Source: a virus
Strand: one strand, 5' to 3'
UHGV virus genome: UHGV-0110177
Length of the DNA stretch: 26,194 nucleotides
Positions within the stretch are counted from its first letter, which is position 1; every line of letters begins with the position of its first letter. The notes beneath the pieces were generated by a model. It saw only the letters and a program-made list of their open reading frames with translations, did not search any database and was not told where the DNA came from. This document shows, piece after piece, positions 1-8,888 of the stretch. Both the position numbers and the translations under genes were made by a program.

Positions 1-70
1 CTTTTCTCCCTAAATTAACGGTATTAGTAGTTTAACGCTGATTGTGTGGATTGAAACCAGCGCTATGAAA

Positions 71-1357
71 TTAAATGACTTTTTTCATACTCCCTCGCCC
101 GTGGGGGCGTCCTGGGGGCAGTGCTGTCGGCATCTGATTGTTCAGCATGTTGACCTGTTCCTGGTTCATATCACCAATCCACTTGGAGTAAACCTCGTAT
201 ACCATCCGCGCATCTTCATGCCCCATCTGACTGGCTATGAATGACGGGTTCGCTCCGGCCATCAGCGTCCAGCAGGCATATGTGTGACGCGACTGATATG
301 GATTGCGCTCACGTATACCTGAAAGTTTAGTCCCACGCCTCCAGCCATACGAAATCGAGTCCTTGGAAAAGTAACCGCCTTTCGTTGACGAGTATGTTGT
401 CGGTGAAAAAACGAAGCGAAGATATTGCTGCTCAGTTTTTCCGATCTCACGATGATGAAACTGAATTTCCTGTTTTGGACTGTTACCGGTGATTTCGTAT
501 TGCTCCAGCAGAGCATCATGAGCAGGTTTCAGCAACGTTATCGTCCTTATCCCGGCATCTGTTTTAGGGGGTACAAATACTCGCTTGTTCGTCAAATTTC
601 TGGATACGTGGATTTCACCTTTTACCAAATCAATATCTTCCCATGCCAGTGCGCATATCTCGCCCGGCCTCATCCCTGTATGTACCGCAATAATGATGAT
701 TAATGCCTGGCTACGGGGAAGGGCGGCTATCAGTGCCTGGTACTCATGAAGTAAAAGTGGGTCGGGATCATTTTTAGATAACTTGAGTCTCGACACTCCT
801 TCATAAGGAGCATGCAATATAAACTGGCTTCGGTTTGCAAGCTTCAGCATTTCTGATAAAACAGCCATCTGTTTATTGACTGTTGAGGGCGCGCGCCCAT
901 TTTTGATGCGGTTTGGCATTGAAGGGTTGAAAACTTCCCCGGTCAGGAGTTCTTTGCGGTAATTCAGAATATCTGCGTGCTGAATATCAACCAGGCGTGT
1001 GTTCTCACCCACTACTCGTTTCAGGGTGTTAACGACTGATGTGATGGATAGCAAAGTGGCTTCAGATACCTCCAGTGACTTTGTATCTGTAAAAAAATCA
1101 CTCAGTTCTTTGAATGTGGAGATCCGTTTTGTGGACGAAAATTTCTTAAGAGCTTTTGATTCCGGGAAACGATCTGCGTAGTCGAACTTACCGAGTTGTA
1201 TCTCACTCACAATTGCCGCGCGCAGATTGCCCGCTTTTTTAATGTTGCTACTGTTGACAACCCAACCCTGGAGAACTTCGCGGCAACGAATGCCGCGATA
1301 GATAAATGTGATCCTGATTTTTCCGTTATGCAGTTCAACACCAGTCGGGTATTTCAT
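71..1357 (-). CDS. int: Tyrosine recombinase, phage integrase (428 aa)
   Basis: C-terminal catalytic region typical of lambda-family integrases (HTGMRPGE..., RHTYA...GHED...VY); ATG overlaps xis stop by 1 nt; first gene at prophage end. Confidence 0.9.
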   Translation of the reverse strand: MKYPTGVELHNGKIRITFIYRGIRCREVLQGWVVNSSNIKKAGNLRAAIVSEIQLGKFDYADRFPESKALKKFSSTKRISTFKELSDFFTDTKSLEVSEATLLSITSVVNTLKRVVGENTRLVDIQHADILNYRKELLTGEVFNPSMPNRIKNGRAPSTVNKQMAVLSEMLKLANRSQFILHAPYEGVSRLKLSKNDPDPLLLHEYQALIAALPRSQALIIIIAVHTGMRPGEICALAWEDIDLVKGEIHVSRNLTNKRVFVPPKTDAGIRTITLLKPAHDALLEQYEITGNSPKQEIQFHHREIGKTEQQYLRFVFSPTTYSSTKGGYFSKDSISYGWRRGTKLSGIRERNPYQSRHTYACWTLMAGANPSFIASQMGHEDARMVYEVYSKWIGDMNQEQVNMLNNQMPTALPPGRPHGRGSMKKVI

Positions 1358-1572
1358 TAAGCATCCTGAACTAACTGATTAATCTTCGGGTAGTTGTACC
1401 AAAGCAGACCTTTAGAGTTGTCAGTCTGTCCAAGCGCAGTAAGGCGCTTGAAGTGAACACCTTCAACCCATAGTTTCTGGCGATAATTTTTAATCTGTCC
1501 TTCAGTAAGCCCTGTTCTTTCGGTAAGTCTGGACTCAACAACCCACTCTTCGTTAAAAATTACCTGTGACAT
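1357..1572 (-). CDS. xis: Excisionase-like small DNA-binding protein (71 aa)
   Basis: Small basic protein immediately upstream of and overlapping int; SD GAGGTG 4-5 nt before ATG. Confidence 0.7.
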   Translation of the reverse strand: MSQVIFNEEWVVESRLTERTGLTEGQIKNYRQKLWVEGVHFKRLTALGQTDNSKGLLWYNYPKINQLVQDA

Positions 1573-1636
1573 GGTTCACCTCAGGTAACCGGCGCCAGTA
1601 TAGATGCGCCGGTGTTGTGACATTGATAATTCGTTA

Positions 1637-1876
1637 TCAGGCAATCTGCCCTGGCAGTGCGCGCAGTCGGCGCATACCTGTCATTGCGGTGGCTACATAG
1701 CTCTTGTGTCGGTTAACAACTTCTACCGTCACCTTCACGCCATCGACCGCCACGGTATAAGTGGTCTTTGTTTTCTGTCGGCCAAACTCCCCGTAAAGCT
1801 CAACATGTTTTGCCAGTGCTGCATCGCACGCCCGGCGCGCCAGCGGAGATTGCGTGCTGCGGTTAATTAGTCGCAT
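1637..1876 (-). CDS. Hypothetical phage protein (79 aa from ATG at 1876; GTG at 1882 possible)
   Basis: ORF co-oriented with early-left operon; SD GAGGTG before ATG. Confidence 0.5.
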   Translation of the reverse strand: MRLINRSTQSPLARRACDAALAKHVELYGEFGRQKTKTTYTVAVDGVKVTVEVVNRHKSYVATAMTGMRRLRALPGQIA

Positions 1877-1883
1877 ATTCACC

Positions 1884-2156
1884 TCACTTAATCAGGCCAA
1901 GCGTGTAATTAAGTTCATGGAGGCATTCTTTGTCGTACTCAAAGAAGTAGTCCCATTGCTCTTGATTGCGGTGCTCACGAACCATCGCCCAGCGCCAGCC
2001 ATCGCCATCTAAAACGCGGCGAACCTTGCGTTTAACAACGGTATCAACATCGTAAATTACACCGTAATTAGCCCCGAACCCGTTACGCAAAACGTCAAGT
2101 TCAACAGTGATAACCCGGTATAATTTCGGAAGCTTTTTCAGTTCTTCAATACGCAT
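1884..2156 (-). CDS. Hypothetical phage protein (90 aa)
   Basis: ORF in operon; SD GGGGGTGA before ATG at 2156; overlaps 3' end of upstream gene. Confidence 0.55.
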   Translation of the reverse strand: MRIEELKKLPKLYRVITVELDVLRNGFGANYGVIYDVDTVVKRKVRRVLDGDGWRWAMVREHRNQEQWDYFFEYDKECLHELNYTLGLIK

Positions 2157-2766
2157 GGTCACCCCCGTCGATCCGTCTGAATTCGATTACCCACACCCAG
2201 GGGTTAGCATCCCAATTTTCTTGCCCATAGATTGACTGCCAGAGGTAGGCGAAGACATCAGTTGCGTCTGGTTGTGGATTAACACAGCCGCATGGCTCAG
2301 GTTCCCCGCAATTCAGACAGCCACCGTCAATAATGCCTTCTGCTCGCGCATCCTCTTCGCTGATAGCGTTCAACCGCTCAACCCGCACGTCTGTAATTTC
2401 CAGAAGAATACGACTAGCCCAGCGCGGCATGTGAATTGATGGACGCCATCTTCCTTCTTCTGGCCAGTCTGTAGGGGGCGTAGCCCGGTAAGCCATATCG
2501 TGGCTATCCTGGTCGATGTTGTAGCGCGCCCACGTCTCACGCACCCAGATGCGATCGCCGACGGCGCCGAACGGACAATGGATTGCGATATCTTCAATTT
2601 TCGGCAACAACAGTCCGTTAAGAGGTCTGCTTAACCACTTACCGGATAAACTTCCGCTTAATGTTGCCTCTGGCTGCGGCTTGATGATTCGCCGCGTCTG
2701 CGTCTTCCGGCCGTCGAGAATGGCGCGCACCATCTCACCATTAAAAATCATTCCGCGCTCAGTCAT
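2146..2766 (-). CDS. Hypothetical phage protein with C-terminal Cys cluster (CLNCGEPEPCGC), 206 aa from ATG 2766
   Basis: Long ORF; chosen start gives ATGACTGA overlap with the stop of the upstream gene; longer start at 2826 would overlap that gene by 68 nt. Confidence 0.6.
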   Translation of the reverse strand: MTERGMIFNGEMVRAILDGRKTQTRRIIKPQPEATLSGSLSGKWLSRPLNGLLLPKIEDIAIHCPFGAVGDRIWVRETWARYNIDQDSHDMAYRATPPTDWPEEGRWRPSIHMPRWASRILLEITDVRVERLNAISEEDARAEGIIDGGCLNCGEPEPCGCVNPQPDATDVFAYLWQSIYGQENWDANPWVWVIEFRRIDGGDHAY

Positions 2767-3109
2767 TCCAGGCCTCCAGCTCGTTCTGAATCTCTTCGTC
2801 GATATCGTCATTGGTCGCATCTTCATTCAGGAAGTCGCGCGCTTCTTTGAGATATTTTCCCCGGCGCAAGCGATACCAGAGAGAGAGAGAGAACTCATAG
2901 CTCCAGCAGTTCGGCGCGCCGTCATAGTCAAATTTGGCGTTGTTCTCAGCCATGCTCTCAACCATGTTGTAAGCAGTGTTGAGCGCCGCTTCGCGGATAT
3001 ACCCGCGCAGATCACGCTTGCGCCAGTACGGGTTTACTTTCGAATCGCAGAGTGGTTTAAATTCGACTTCCCAGCGGCGAATGCAGCGTGCATTTAATGA
3101 TTTGCTCAT
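2759..3109 (-). CDS. Hypothetical phage protein (116 aa)
   Basis: ORF in early-left operon directly downstream of recT. Confidence 0.55.
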   Translation of the reverse strand: MSKSLNARCIRRWEVEFKPLCDSKVNPYWRKRDLRGYIREAALNTAYNMVESMAENNAKFDYDGAPNCWSYEFSLSLWYRLRRGKYLKEARDFLNEDATNDDIDEEIQNELEAWND

Positions 3110-3143
3110 GTCATTACCGGGAGGGCGAACCCTCCCGCCTCCC

Positions 3144-4145
3144 TTAGCCCACGTATTCCGGTTTCATGTCGTCCAGGGTGATGCGGAACTGGTCATACAG
3201 TTCGTCGCCTAAGTGCCGTTTCGCTGTGTGAAGAGTGCCTTCAGCTTTAGCAAACAGTTCCGCCGCTTCTGGTTCTCCGGGATTCGACAGGGAGTTGATA
3301 GCGGCCTCAACTTTATTTTTGGCGTCAACAAGGTAGTAGCGCTTCACCGCTTTATTTTTCAGCTCAGTGAACAGCGCAGTTCCCAGCAACGCTTTCTGCG
3401 ACTCAATATCAGCGCGGATAGCTTTGGCCTGGTCAACAGAGCTTGCTGTGTCAATGCGGTCGCGTAGGTCGTCGGCAACGGCATCAACGTTAGTTGCTGA
3501 TTCCTGCGCGGTAGCGAGGATGCCTGTTTCGCTGGTGATCTCTTCAACAGTCATTCGCGGGGTTGGATTTATTTCGCGCTCAACGCGTTCCTCCAACTCA
3601 TCAGGGGTGTAGACCCCCAAAATCGCCCATGGTGTGTAGGCACGAGCCCAGTATTTCACTTGCAAGTAGCCAATTTGCTGCTTTGGGTTACTTTTCCACA
3701 GGGGCGAGTTTTTGATTGTTACTTCCGAAACGCAGAGCCATTCATTCCATGTAATGTCTTTTTCTCCGCTAATAATTGCGCCAACACGGCACTCCATCAG
3801 ATCCTTTTCGCCACGATATTCATAATGGAATCGCCCCCGTATTGCGCCGGTGGCAGTCAGTACCGCGCTAACTAACTGAGCTTCATATCCTAGAGTGCCA
3901 TTTATAACGTGTGTTTTCTGACCGACTACGTAGGGGTCCATACCCCATCGCGCGGCTTGCATGACAATGGCGAGGCAGTCTGATGGCTTACCCTGAAGAT
4001 GTTTGGGCACAGTAGAAATACCCTGGGACATAACATCAGCAATCTTCATCATGCGATCCATGACATCGCCATTCAGCAGTAACGAGCCATTATTCATTGT
4101 GCTGGGTGCCTGCTGATCAATTACCGCTATGTTTCTATTTTCCAT
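3144..4145 (-). CDS. recT: RecT/Bet(Red-beta)-family single-strand annealing protein (333 aa)
   Basis: Recalled similarity to lambda Bet/RecT core (PLWKSNPKQ...VKYWARAY compared with GPWQSHPKR...CARLA); start is 13 nt after recE stop with SD AAGGGGGAA; classic exonuclease-annealase pair. Confidence 0.65.
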   Translation of the reverse strand: MENRNIAVIDQQAPSTMNNGSLLLNGDVMDRMMKIADVMSQGISTVPKHLQGKPSDCLAIVMQAARWGMDPYVVGQKTHVINGTLGYEAQLVSAVLTATGAIRGRFHYEYRGEKDLMECRVGAIISGEKDITWNEWLCVSEVTIKNSPLWKSNPKQQIGYLQVKYWARAYTPWAILGVYTPDELEERVEREINPTPRMTVEEITSETGILATAQESATNVDAVADDLRDRIDTASSVDQAKAIRADIESQKALLGTALFTELKNKAVKRYYLVDAKNKVEAAINSLSNPGEPEAAELFAKAEGTLHTAKRHLGDELYDQFRITLDDMKPEYVG

Positions 4146-4157
4146 GACTGTTCCCCC

Positions 4158-7049
4158 TTATGCCTGTACGCGCAGCGCTTCAAGGCGGCGCACATCAAAA
4201 TCGTTGAGTTCTTCGGCGTAATCTTCGGTAATCGGCGCTGGCCATTCGCCAGTGTCGAATCCGTTCGCGATGGCGCGCATTGCTTTGCGGTATTCCAGCA
4301 TGCCGAGTTCAAGCAGTTCTTCGGATGCCTCGATGATGGCGATCCAGTGGTAGTTCTCGTCTTTGTTGACGAATATCCAGAAAAACTGGTCCAGCGCTGC
4401 GGTTTCGCAGTACATGGCAGCGCTCAGGTGATAATCGCGATCGATGATTTCCCGGTGCAACTTCGCGCGCAGACCTTCCTGCTTGATATTCCACATGCTG
4501 ATAGTCTTCAGGTCAGCGCCGATGCGCAGGCCGCCCATGTCAATTTCAAGGTCAGGGCGCACGCGGATTTCCAGCCCGGTTTCCTCATCAATACCGAAAT
4601 AGCTCACCTCTACGGCGCGGTTCGGATGCGTCAGCAGCTTCCCGGCGGTCGGGTGATTCAGCAGCGCTTTCTGGATGGCCTGCGCGGTGCTCAACTGCTG
4701 GCGGGTAACCAGAATTTTATCGCCGGGGTTTTCGCGCCATGCGTCAAGCAGCTCGTCGGCAAACACTGTTTCAGGTTTGACGGATTTCACTGCCTGAATC
4801 AGATCCGCTTTGGTGCCGGATACTTTCAACGGCTGTGGCTTCTGTGCTTCCTGTGCAACGAGATCAGGATTGATGATCGCCAGTTGCTCAAGCAGCGCGT
4901 CACGGCTTCCGCTGGTTTTAACCGGCGCGGGCAGGGTGGCGTTGTATTCTTTGATGCAGGCCTTCATTGCCGCTGCTGTATGCTTAGTCCCGTTTTCGAT
5001 GCGCTGGAACTCTTCAGGCAATAGCTCATATGACGCATACGCTTCGTCGACGGATGCCCCAAGCGGTAATGGCGCGGGCAGGGTGGCGTTGTACTCTTCC
5101 AGCAACGCTTTGATATCGTCTGCGGTGAGTAATGCCGGCAGGCTGGCGTTGTGTTCGTCGATAACCGCGCGGATCGTCGCTGTCGTCGTGAGCGCGCCTT
5201 CCGAGATTTCCGGTTCGATGCTGAACTCTTTTTCCAGTTGTTCAGGCTGTAACGCCAGCGCGTGCACCAGGTTCCCCATATCCAGAACTTTGGTGCGTTC
5301 TTTCTGGATGGTTTTGGATACGTGGCGCGCTTCGAAATACATCAGACTTACACGTGCATCTTTGACCATTGTCGAACTGATGCCATTCGCCGCGTGATAT
5401 ACCTCGTTCGGTACGCCTTCATAACGCCCCGGCTCGAAGTATTCCGGCCACACTGACGCTGGCTCTGGTTCTTCCTGTTGCATTTCCGGCACGTTTTGTT
5501 GCGTTTCTGGCTCAGAATGGCTTGCAGAATCGTTGTTCTGGCTCACTTCCGGCTGATGGTGGTCTACATCGGCTTGCTCGCCGGTATCTGCCTCTTCACC
5601 ATTCCCCAAATCACTTTCGCTTGCGAGCAGCGCATCACCAGTCTGTTCTTCATTACCGTCAGTTTCTTGAACCTGCACATCGGCGGCGTCCTCATTTTCC
5701 GTTTTTTCTCCCTCATTTGAGGCGGCGTTGTAGTCTTCATGAACCCACTTCGGATCGTTAGGGTCACTGATACCTTCAACGTAATCACCGCGCGCAGCTG
5801 CGAGTTGTCGGTTTACTTCTTCAACGGATGGTTCATCCTGTCTTACTGGCGTTGGCATAGGCATGGACGAACGTCCGCAGGCAATATCAACGACAAGCGG
5901 ATCGGGATTGGCGTGGTCAGTTTCTGTCAGCACCTTATTCAGGTACTCGCGGTGGCGAAACGGGGATTTGTATAGTTCATCTGGTGTGGTTTTTACTGTT
6001 GCAACGATGCATGCGCGGGAATAGTCCAGACCACCAGGCATTGACACGAACAGTTCGCGCGTTGCCAGCCACTCAGGGTCGTCAACTGCGTTCATGATTG
6101 AGTTAGCCTTTAGTTCGATCTGCAATGGCAGAGAATAAATATCAAATTCGTACTGACGCGCCAGCAGGCCTAAGGCTATTTCAAATTCAAGACCGAGAGT
6201 GGTCTGGGGCATCTTGCGATCGGATGCAATTCCGCCGCCAGCGTTCGCGCCGCTTTCAGTACGCTGAATAGCTGATACACGATTACCTTTGCACCACTCT
6301 TTAACGAGCAACCCGCGATCAATATGAGGGGTATCGAACCATGTTTTCAGAAACTGGATAACGCTTGCCAGCTCAGGGATTTTGCCATCAGCAGGAAACA
6401 CGTTCTTAACGGCATTTACCGCTTTATGGATATCGTGTTCAATGGCCTTTTTGAATGGTTCAACATTCTCAGCCGCAAGTAAAATGTTCTGGACATATGA
6501 GTTATCAGTGTCCATTTCCAGAGCGAGAATTGCTTTTTTCTGCTCTGCATCGACATGATAGAGATACTCGCCATCGCCAATATGTTGGGCCAGTATGCGA
6601 TGACGGAAGGGCATCGTTGCCACAACGGTTAACTGAGGGTGTTCAGGTAGATCGCCATTGTCTTCAGTTGACGCCTGATCGTGCTGGATAATTTCGCCAG
6701 TTTCGGTATCAACACCATCAACGATACGCTGACGGGCGACGGCAACGGCCTCAGAAGAGGGCAGCGTAACACCGGGGATCTGTACCCAGGTCATGTTGTC
6801 TTTGCCGAGCTGGTAGAAATCGCAGAACGTTAAGCTGAGTTCGCCTTCCGGCGGCAGTTCGTTAACGACAGGGAAATTAGTGGCGACAGCTTTAAAATAA
6901 TCTTTCAGCTTTGCGCCGGATTTAATCAGGAGATAATCCAGTGTGGCATTTGCCGATTCAAAATCATCACTGCACCAGAGAACCGCATCTTTTTGTCCTG
7001 ATGATTTTTTTGCTTTGCGGACTAAAAATACAGGATTAGTTCCACTCAT
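4158..7049 (-). CDS. recE: Exodeoxyribonuclease VIII (RecE-like), 963 aa
   Basis: N-terminus from ATG at 7049 (MSGTNPVFLVRKAKKSSG...VLWCSDDFES...DYLLIKSG...KAVATNFPVVN) matches E. coli RecE N-terminus from memory; conserved LNKVLTETDHANPDP...DIACGRSS block; SD GAGGAT upstream; the ORF-track start at 7259 is a 70-codon over-extension. Confidence 0.85.
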   Translation of the reverse strand: MSGTNPVFLVRKAKKSSGQKDAVLWCSDDFESANATLDYLLIKSGAKLKDYFKAVATNFPVVNELPPEGELSLTFCDFYQLGKDNMTWVQIPGVTLPSSEAVAVARQRIVDGVDTETGEIIQHDQASTEDNGDLPEHPQLTVVATMPFRHRILAQHIGDGEYLYHVDAEQKKAILALEMDTDNSYVQNILLAAENVEPFKKAIEHDIHKAVNAVKNVFPADGKIPELASVIQFLKTWFDTPHIDRGLLVKEWCKGNRVSAIQRTESGANAGGGIASDRKMPQTTLGLEFEIALGLLARQYEFDIYSLPLQIELKANSIMNAVDDPEWLATRELFVSMPGGLDYSRACIVATVKTTPDELYKSPFRHREYLNKVLTETDHANPDPLVVDIACGRSSMPMPTPVRQDEPSVEEVNRQLAAARGDYVEGISDPNDPKWVHEDYNAASNEGEKTENEDAADVQVQETDGNEEQTGDALLASESDLGNGEEADTGEQADVDHHQPEVSQNNDSASHSEPETQQNVPEMQQEEPEPASVWPEYFEPGRYEGVPNEVYHAANGISSTMVKDARVSLMYFEARHVSKTIQKERTKVLDMGNLVHALALQPEQLEKEFSIEPEISEGALTTTATIRAVIDEHNASLPALLTADDIKALLEEYNATLPAPLPLGASVDEAYASYELLPEEFQRIENGTKHTAAAMKACIKEYNATLPAPVKTSGSRDALLEQLAIINPDLVAQEAQKPQPLKVSGTKADLIQAVKSVKPETVFADELLDAWRENPGDKILVTRQQLSTAQAIQKALLNHPTAGKLLTHPNRAVEVSYFGIDEETGLEIRVRPDLEIDMGGLRIGADLKTISMWNIKQEGLRAKLHREIIDRDYHLSAAMYCETAALDQFFWIFVNKDENYHWIAIIEASEELLELGMLEYRKAMRAIANGFDTGEWPAPITEDYAEELNDFDVRRLEALRVQA

Positions 7050-7176
7050 TGTTTTATCCTCACTTCGTGTAGAATGGAGGCGCCTTAATGGCACCTCGGT
7101 TTTACCAAGTAGAATGTCCGGTTCGCTTTGGTCGGTTAGACCGGACAGGGCAAGCCCACCTCGTGTGGGCTTTTGC

Positions 7177-7464
7177 TTAATGAACGGTGCTGAAAACTTT
7201 TTCTGAGTAATCGAGTTTGTAGCTGCGGTAGTTGCCAAACCCGGCGTTATCGCCATCACTTACTTTCACGGACAACATTGAAATTGCCTCTACAGCACAA
7301 AGAGGACAGTCGAACTTGCCGAATACATAGCCACCGTCAAGAATGACCGTGACCGCGCCCGTTTCGGCTGAATGAATAACGCCTGATACTTTCTTCTCGC
7401 AGTTGAATACAGCCAATTCTTTATTCACTGCTTTCAGGTTCATTTCGATTTTTACGATTTCCAT
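7177..7464 (-). CDS. Hypothetical phage protein (95 aa)
   Basis: ORF in early-left operon. Confidence 0.5.
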   Translation of the reverse strand: MEIVKIEMNLKAVNKELAVFNCEKKVSGVIHSAETGAVTVILDGGYVFGKFDCPLCAVEAISMLSVKVSDGDNAGFGNYRSYKLDYSEKVFSTVH

Positions 7465-7504
7465 AAAACTTCTCTGGTTATTAAATTCAGGGTGTAAAAA
7501 GCCG

Positions 7505-7530
7505 CGCCAAATTAATGGCGAGTTTTTTAT
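7505..7530 (+). terminator. Hairpin (CGCCA-aattaa-TGGCG) followed by TTTTTTATTT; intrinsic-terminator-like, oriented for plus strand
   Basis: Read directly; lies inside the minus-strand early operon, so may act as attenuator or bidirectional element. Confidence 0.35.
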
Positions 7531-7551
7531 TTCATATTTCAGAACTGCTGG

Positions 7552-7710
7552 TTAACTTTCGTGCGCCATCTGATCGTATTCAGCGCATTGCTTTGAGCAG
7601 TATTCTTTTTCTTTGTTGGCAAGCCGGTTGCCATTGCGATAGAAAAGGATGCTCTTTACTTCTTTGCCTTCTTCAACGGGTTTGCGGCAGTAACCGCATT
7701 CTTTCTGCAT
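7552..7710 (-). CDS. Small zinc-ribbon-like protein, 52 aa (MQKECGYCRKPVEEGKEVKSILFYRNGNRLANKEKEYCSKQCAEYDQMAHES)
   Basis: Not in ORF track (<60 aa); strong SD GAGGAGGGG 5 nt upstream of ATG; CxxC...CxxxC motif; sits 9 nt downstream of preceding gene stop. Confidence 0.5.
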   Translation of the reverse strand: MQKECGYCRKPVEEGKEVKSILFYRNGNRLANKEKEYCSKQCAEYDQMAHES

Positions 7711-7719
7711 TACCCCTCC

Positions 7720-7905
7720 TCAGATGCTTGCTGGTAGCTCTCCGTTGCGAATGATTCCCTCAACAGGCCAGCACTCACCATTAACCTTTTGCTCGACAGC
7801 TGCGGCCTGGCATTCCTGCTGGTTGTCATATACACCGAGAATCACATCCTGAAAGTCACCGTTGGTCATTGCGACCGTTAATACCAGTGCGAACAAAGAG
7901 TTCAT
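7720..7905 (-). CDS. Small protein with hydrophobic N-terminus (61 aa, MNSLFALVLTVAMTNG...)
   Basis: ATG at 7905 with SD AAGGAA 9 nt upstream; signal-peptide-like N-terminus. Confidence 0.5.
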   Translation of the reverse strand: MNSLFALVLTVAMTNGDFQDVILGVYDNQQECQAAAVEQKVNGECWPVEGIIRNGELPASI

Positions 7906-8029
7906 TTGCTGGTTTCCTTTTTGGTGATACAACCTTTCATGACACACCAAAAAAATCGAAATGGCGCTGTAAAAGCATTCCCTCGAACGGCCTGGATGCG
8001 TGCTGGCTGACGTGCGAAATCAATCATTT

Positions 8030-8254
8030 TCATCCTCTGCGATGACTGTTTTTAATTTCATTCCAGTACTGAAAAGTGCACGGAATGTTTGCATCCAGGA
8101 CTGCCTGCGTGGCCGCAATGATGTTCGCATGCCAGGTTACGCAGACCGTTGCTCGCATCTGCATATAACGCAGTGACGGATCTGCCTTACTCATCAACAT
8201 CCCAGCGCGTGCTGCATCCTGAGAATTGTCAAAGCTAAAAATAACCTCACTCAT
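8030..8254 (-). CDS. Hypothetical protein, first gene of leftward early operon (74 aa)
   Basis: SD AGAGGGA upstream of ATG 8254; ~150 nt leader from candidate pL. Confidence 0.55.
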   Translation of the reverse strand: MSEVIFSFDNSQDAARAGMLMSKADPSLRYMQMRATVCVTWHANIIAATQAVLDANIPCTFQYWNEIKNSHRRG

Positions 8255-8405
8255 GATTTATCCCTCTGCTTGCCGTTGTCGCCCGGCTGGCGGAACGTTT
8301 GATACCTGCTGCGCGTTAACTCATCCACCTCATCACCATCTTCATACGCCTGGTGCGGCTACATTCGTGGGCGTCCTGCCTGGGTGGTCGTGTTGCTGTG
8401 AATTT

Positions 8406-8472
8406 ATATTAAGCCTTAGACTTAACTAGTGTCAAGCTCAGGACTGAATTCATAGTTAAGTTTTAGGCTTAT
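8406..8472. promoter_or_regulatory. OL-like operator/promoter unit: 17-bp palindromes TTAAGCCTTAGACTTAA (8409-8425) and TTAAGTTTTAGGCTTAT (8456-8472); leftward promoter -35 TTGACA (8435..8430) and -10 TAATAT (8411..8406)
   Basis: Palindromes share the half-site TAAG/CTTA with the two sites between repressor and cro; good sigma70 hexamers on minus strand with 18-bp spacer. Confidence 0.6.
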
Positions 8473-8538
8473 TTTTTTGACGAATGTATGGGAGTAGAGG
8501 ATGCTTATGCTCACAAAAACGCCAAAGAGGATGGGTAT

Positions 8539-8742
8539 ATGTCAAACGATGATGAGTTTTTCGCGGAGATGCATCCGCAGATAGCGCAGGTGATCGGTAT
8601 GGCTGTGATGCAGATTCTGGTTGAAGGGCGTGAGATCACAAAGGCAGAAATAATCGAGACGATTCAGGTTCTGTGGCAGGAGGAGCAGGTTGATCTTGCT
8701 GTTGAGTTAGCGCTGGATGTACTAATGCTGCCAAAAGAATAG
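8539..8742 (+). CDS. Small acidic hypothetical protein (67 aa) transcribed rightward from the OL-like region
   Basis: ATG 8539 with SD GAGGA; reading frame continues from the track ORF 8488..8742. Confidence 0.5.
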   Translation: MSNDDEFFAEMHPQIAQVIGMAVMQILVEGREITKAEIIETIQVLWQEEQVDLAVELALDVLMLPKE

Positions 8743-8745
8743 GGC

Positions 8746-8780
8746 AAAAAAAAAGCCCGGAACGTGTCGTAATCCGGGCT
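8746..8780 (-). terminator. Rho-independent terminator for minus-strand transcription (8-bp stem AGCCCGGA/TCCGGGCT, then U9 on the minus strand)
   Basis: Perfect stem plus A9 run on plus strand read directly. Confidence 0.7.
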
Positions 8781-8888
8781 GTAAGTCGGATATATGGTGC
8801 TGTTATTTCTTGTTCATGCACCATAACAGAGCTCGTCTGACCGGAGTGTGTTGTCGCGCATGTTTCAGGGAAAAGACCCCTGCAAAAT

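Noticed and set aside
1-70. Possible attachment site or host flank at the int-proximal end
   Set aside because: Only 70 bp is visible beyond the int stop; no repeat partner inside the window to define att core; cannot be called
44-703. ORFs 44..244(+), 262..519(-), 425..703(+) overlapping int
   Set aside because: Lie inside or antisense to the integrase gene; alternative frames of a confidently assigned CDS
1588-1611. Hairpin CCGGCGC-N10-GCGCCGG upstream of xis
   Set aside because: No adjacent U-tract on either strand; could be an RNA processing site but evidence is insufficient to call a terminator or sib-like element
2878-2893. Short (GA)n run gagagagagagaga
   Set aside because: Simple dinucleotide tract inside a coding region; no spacer-repeat periodicity, not a CRISPR array
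4347-5761. Plus-strand ORFs (225, 195, 64, 80, 79 aa) inside the recE region
   Set aside because: Antisense shadow ORFs within a well-supported minus-strand gene; low-complexity Ala/Ser/Arg-rich translations; no RBS
7049-7259. N-terminal 70 codons of the track's 1033-aa ORF
   Set aside because: Recalled RecE homology and a good SD begin at ATG 7049; the upstream extension overlaps terminator-like hairpins
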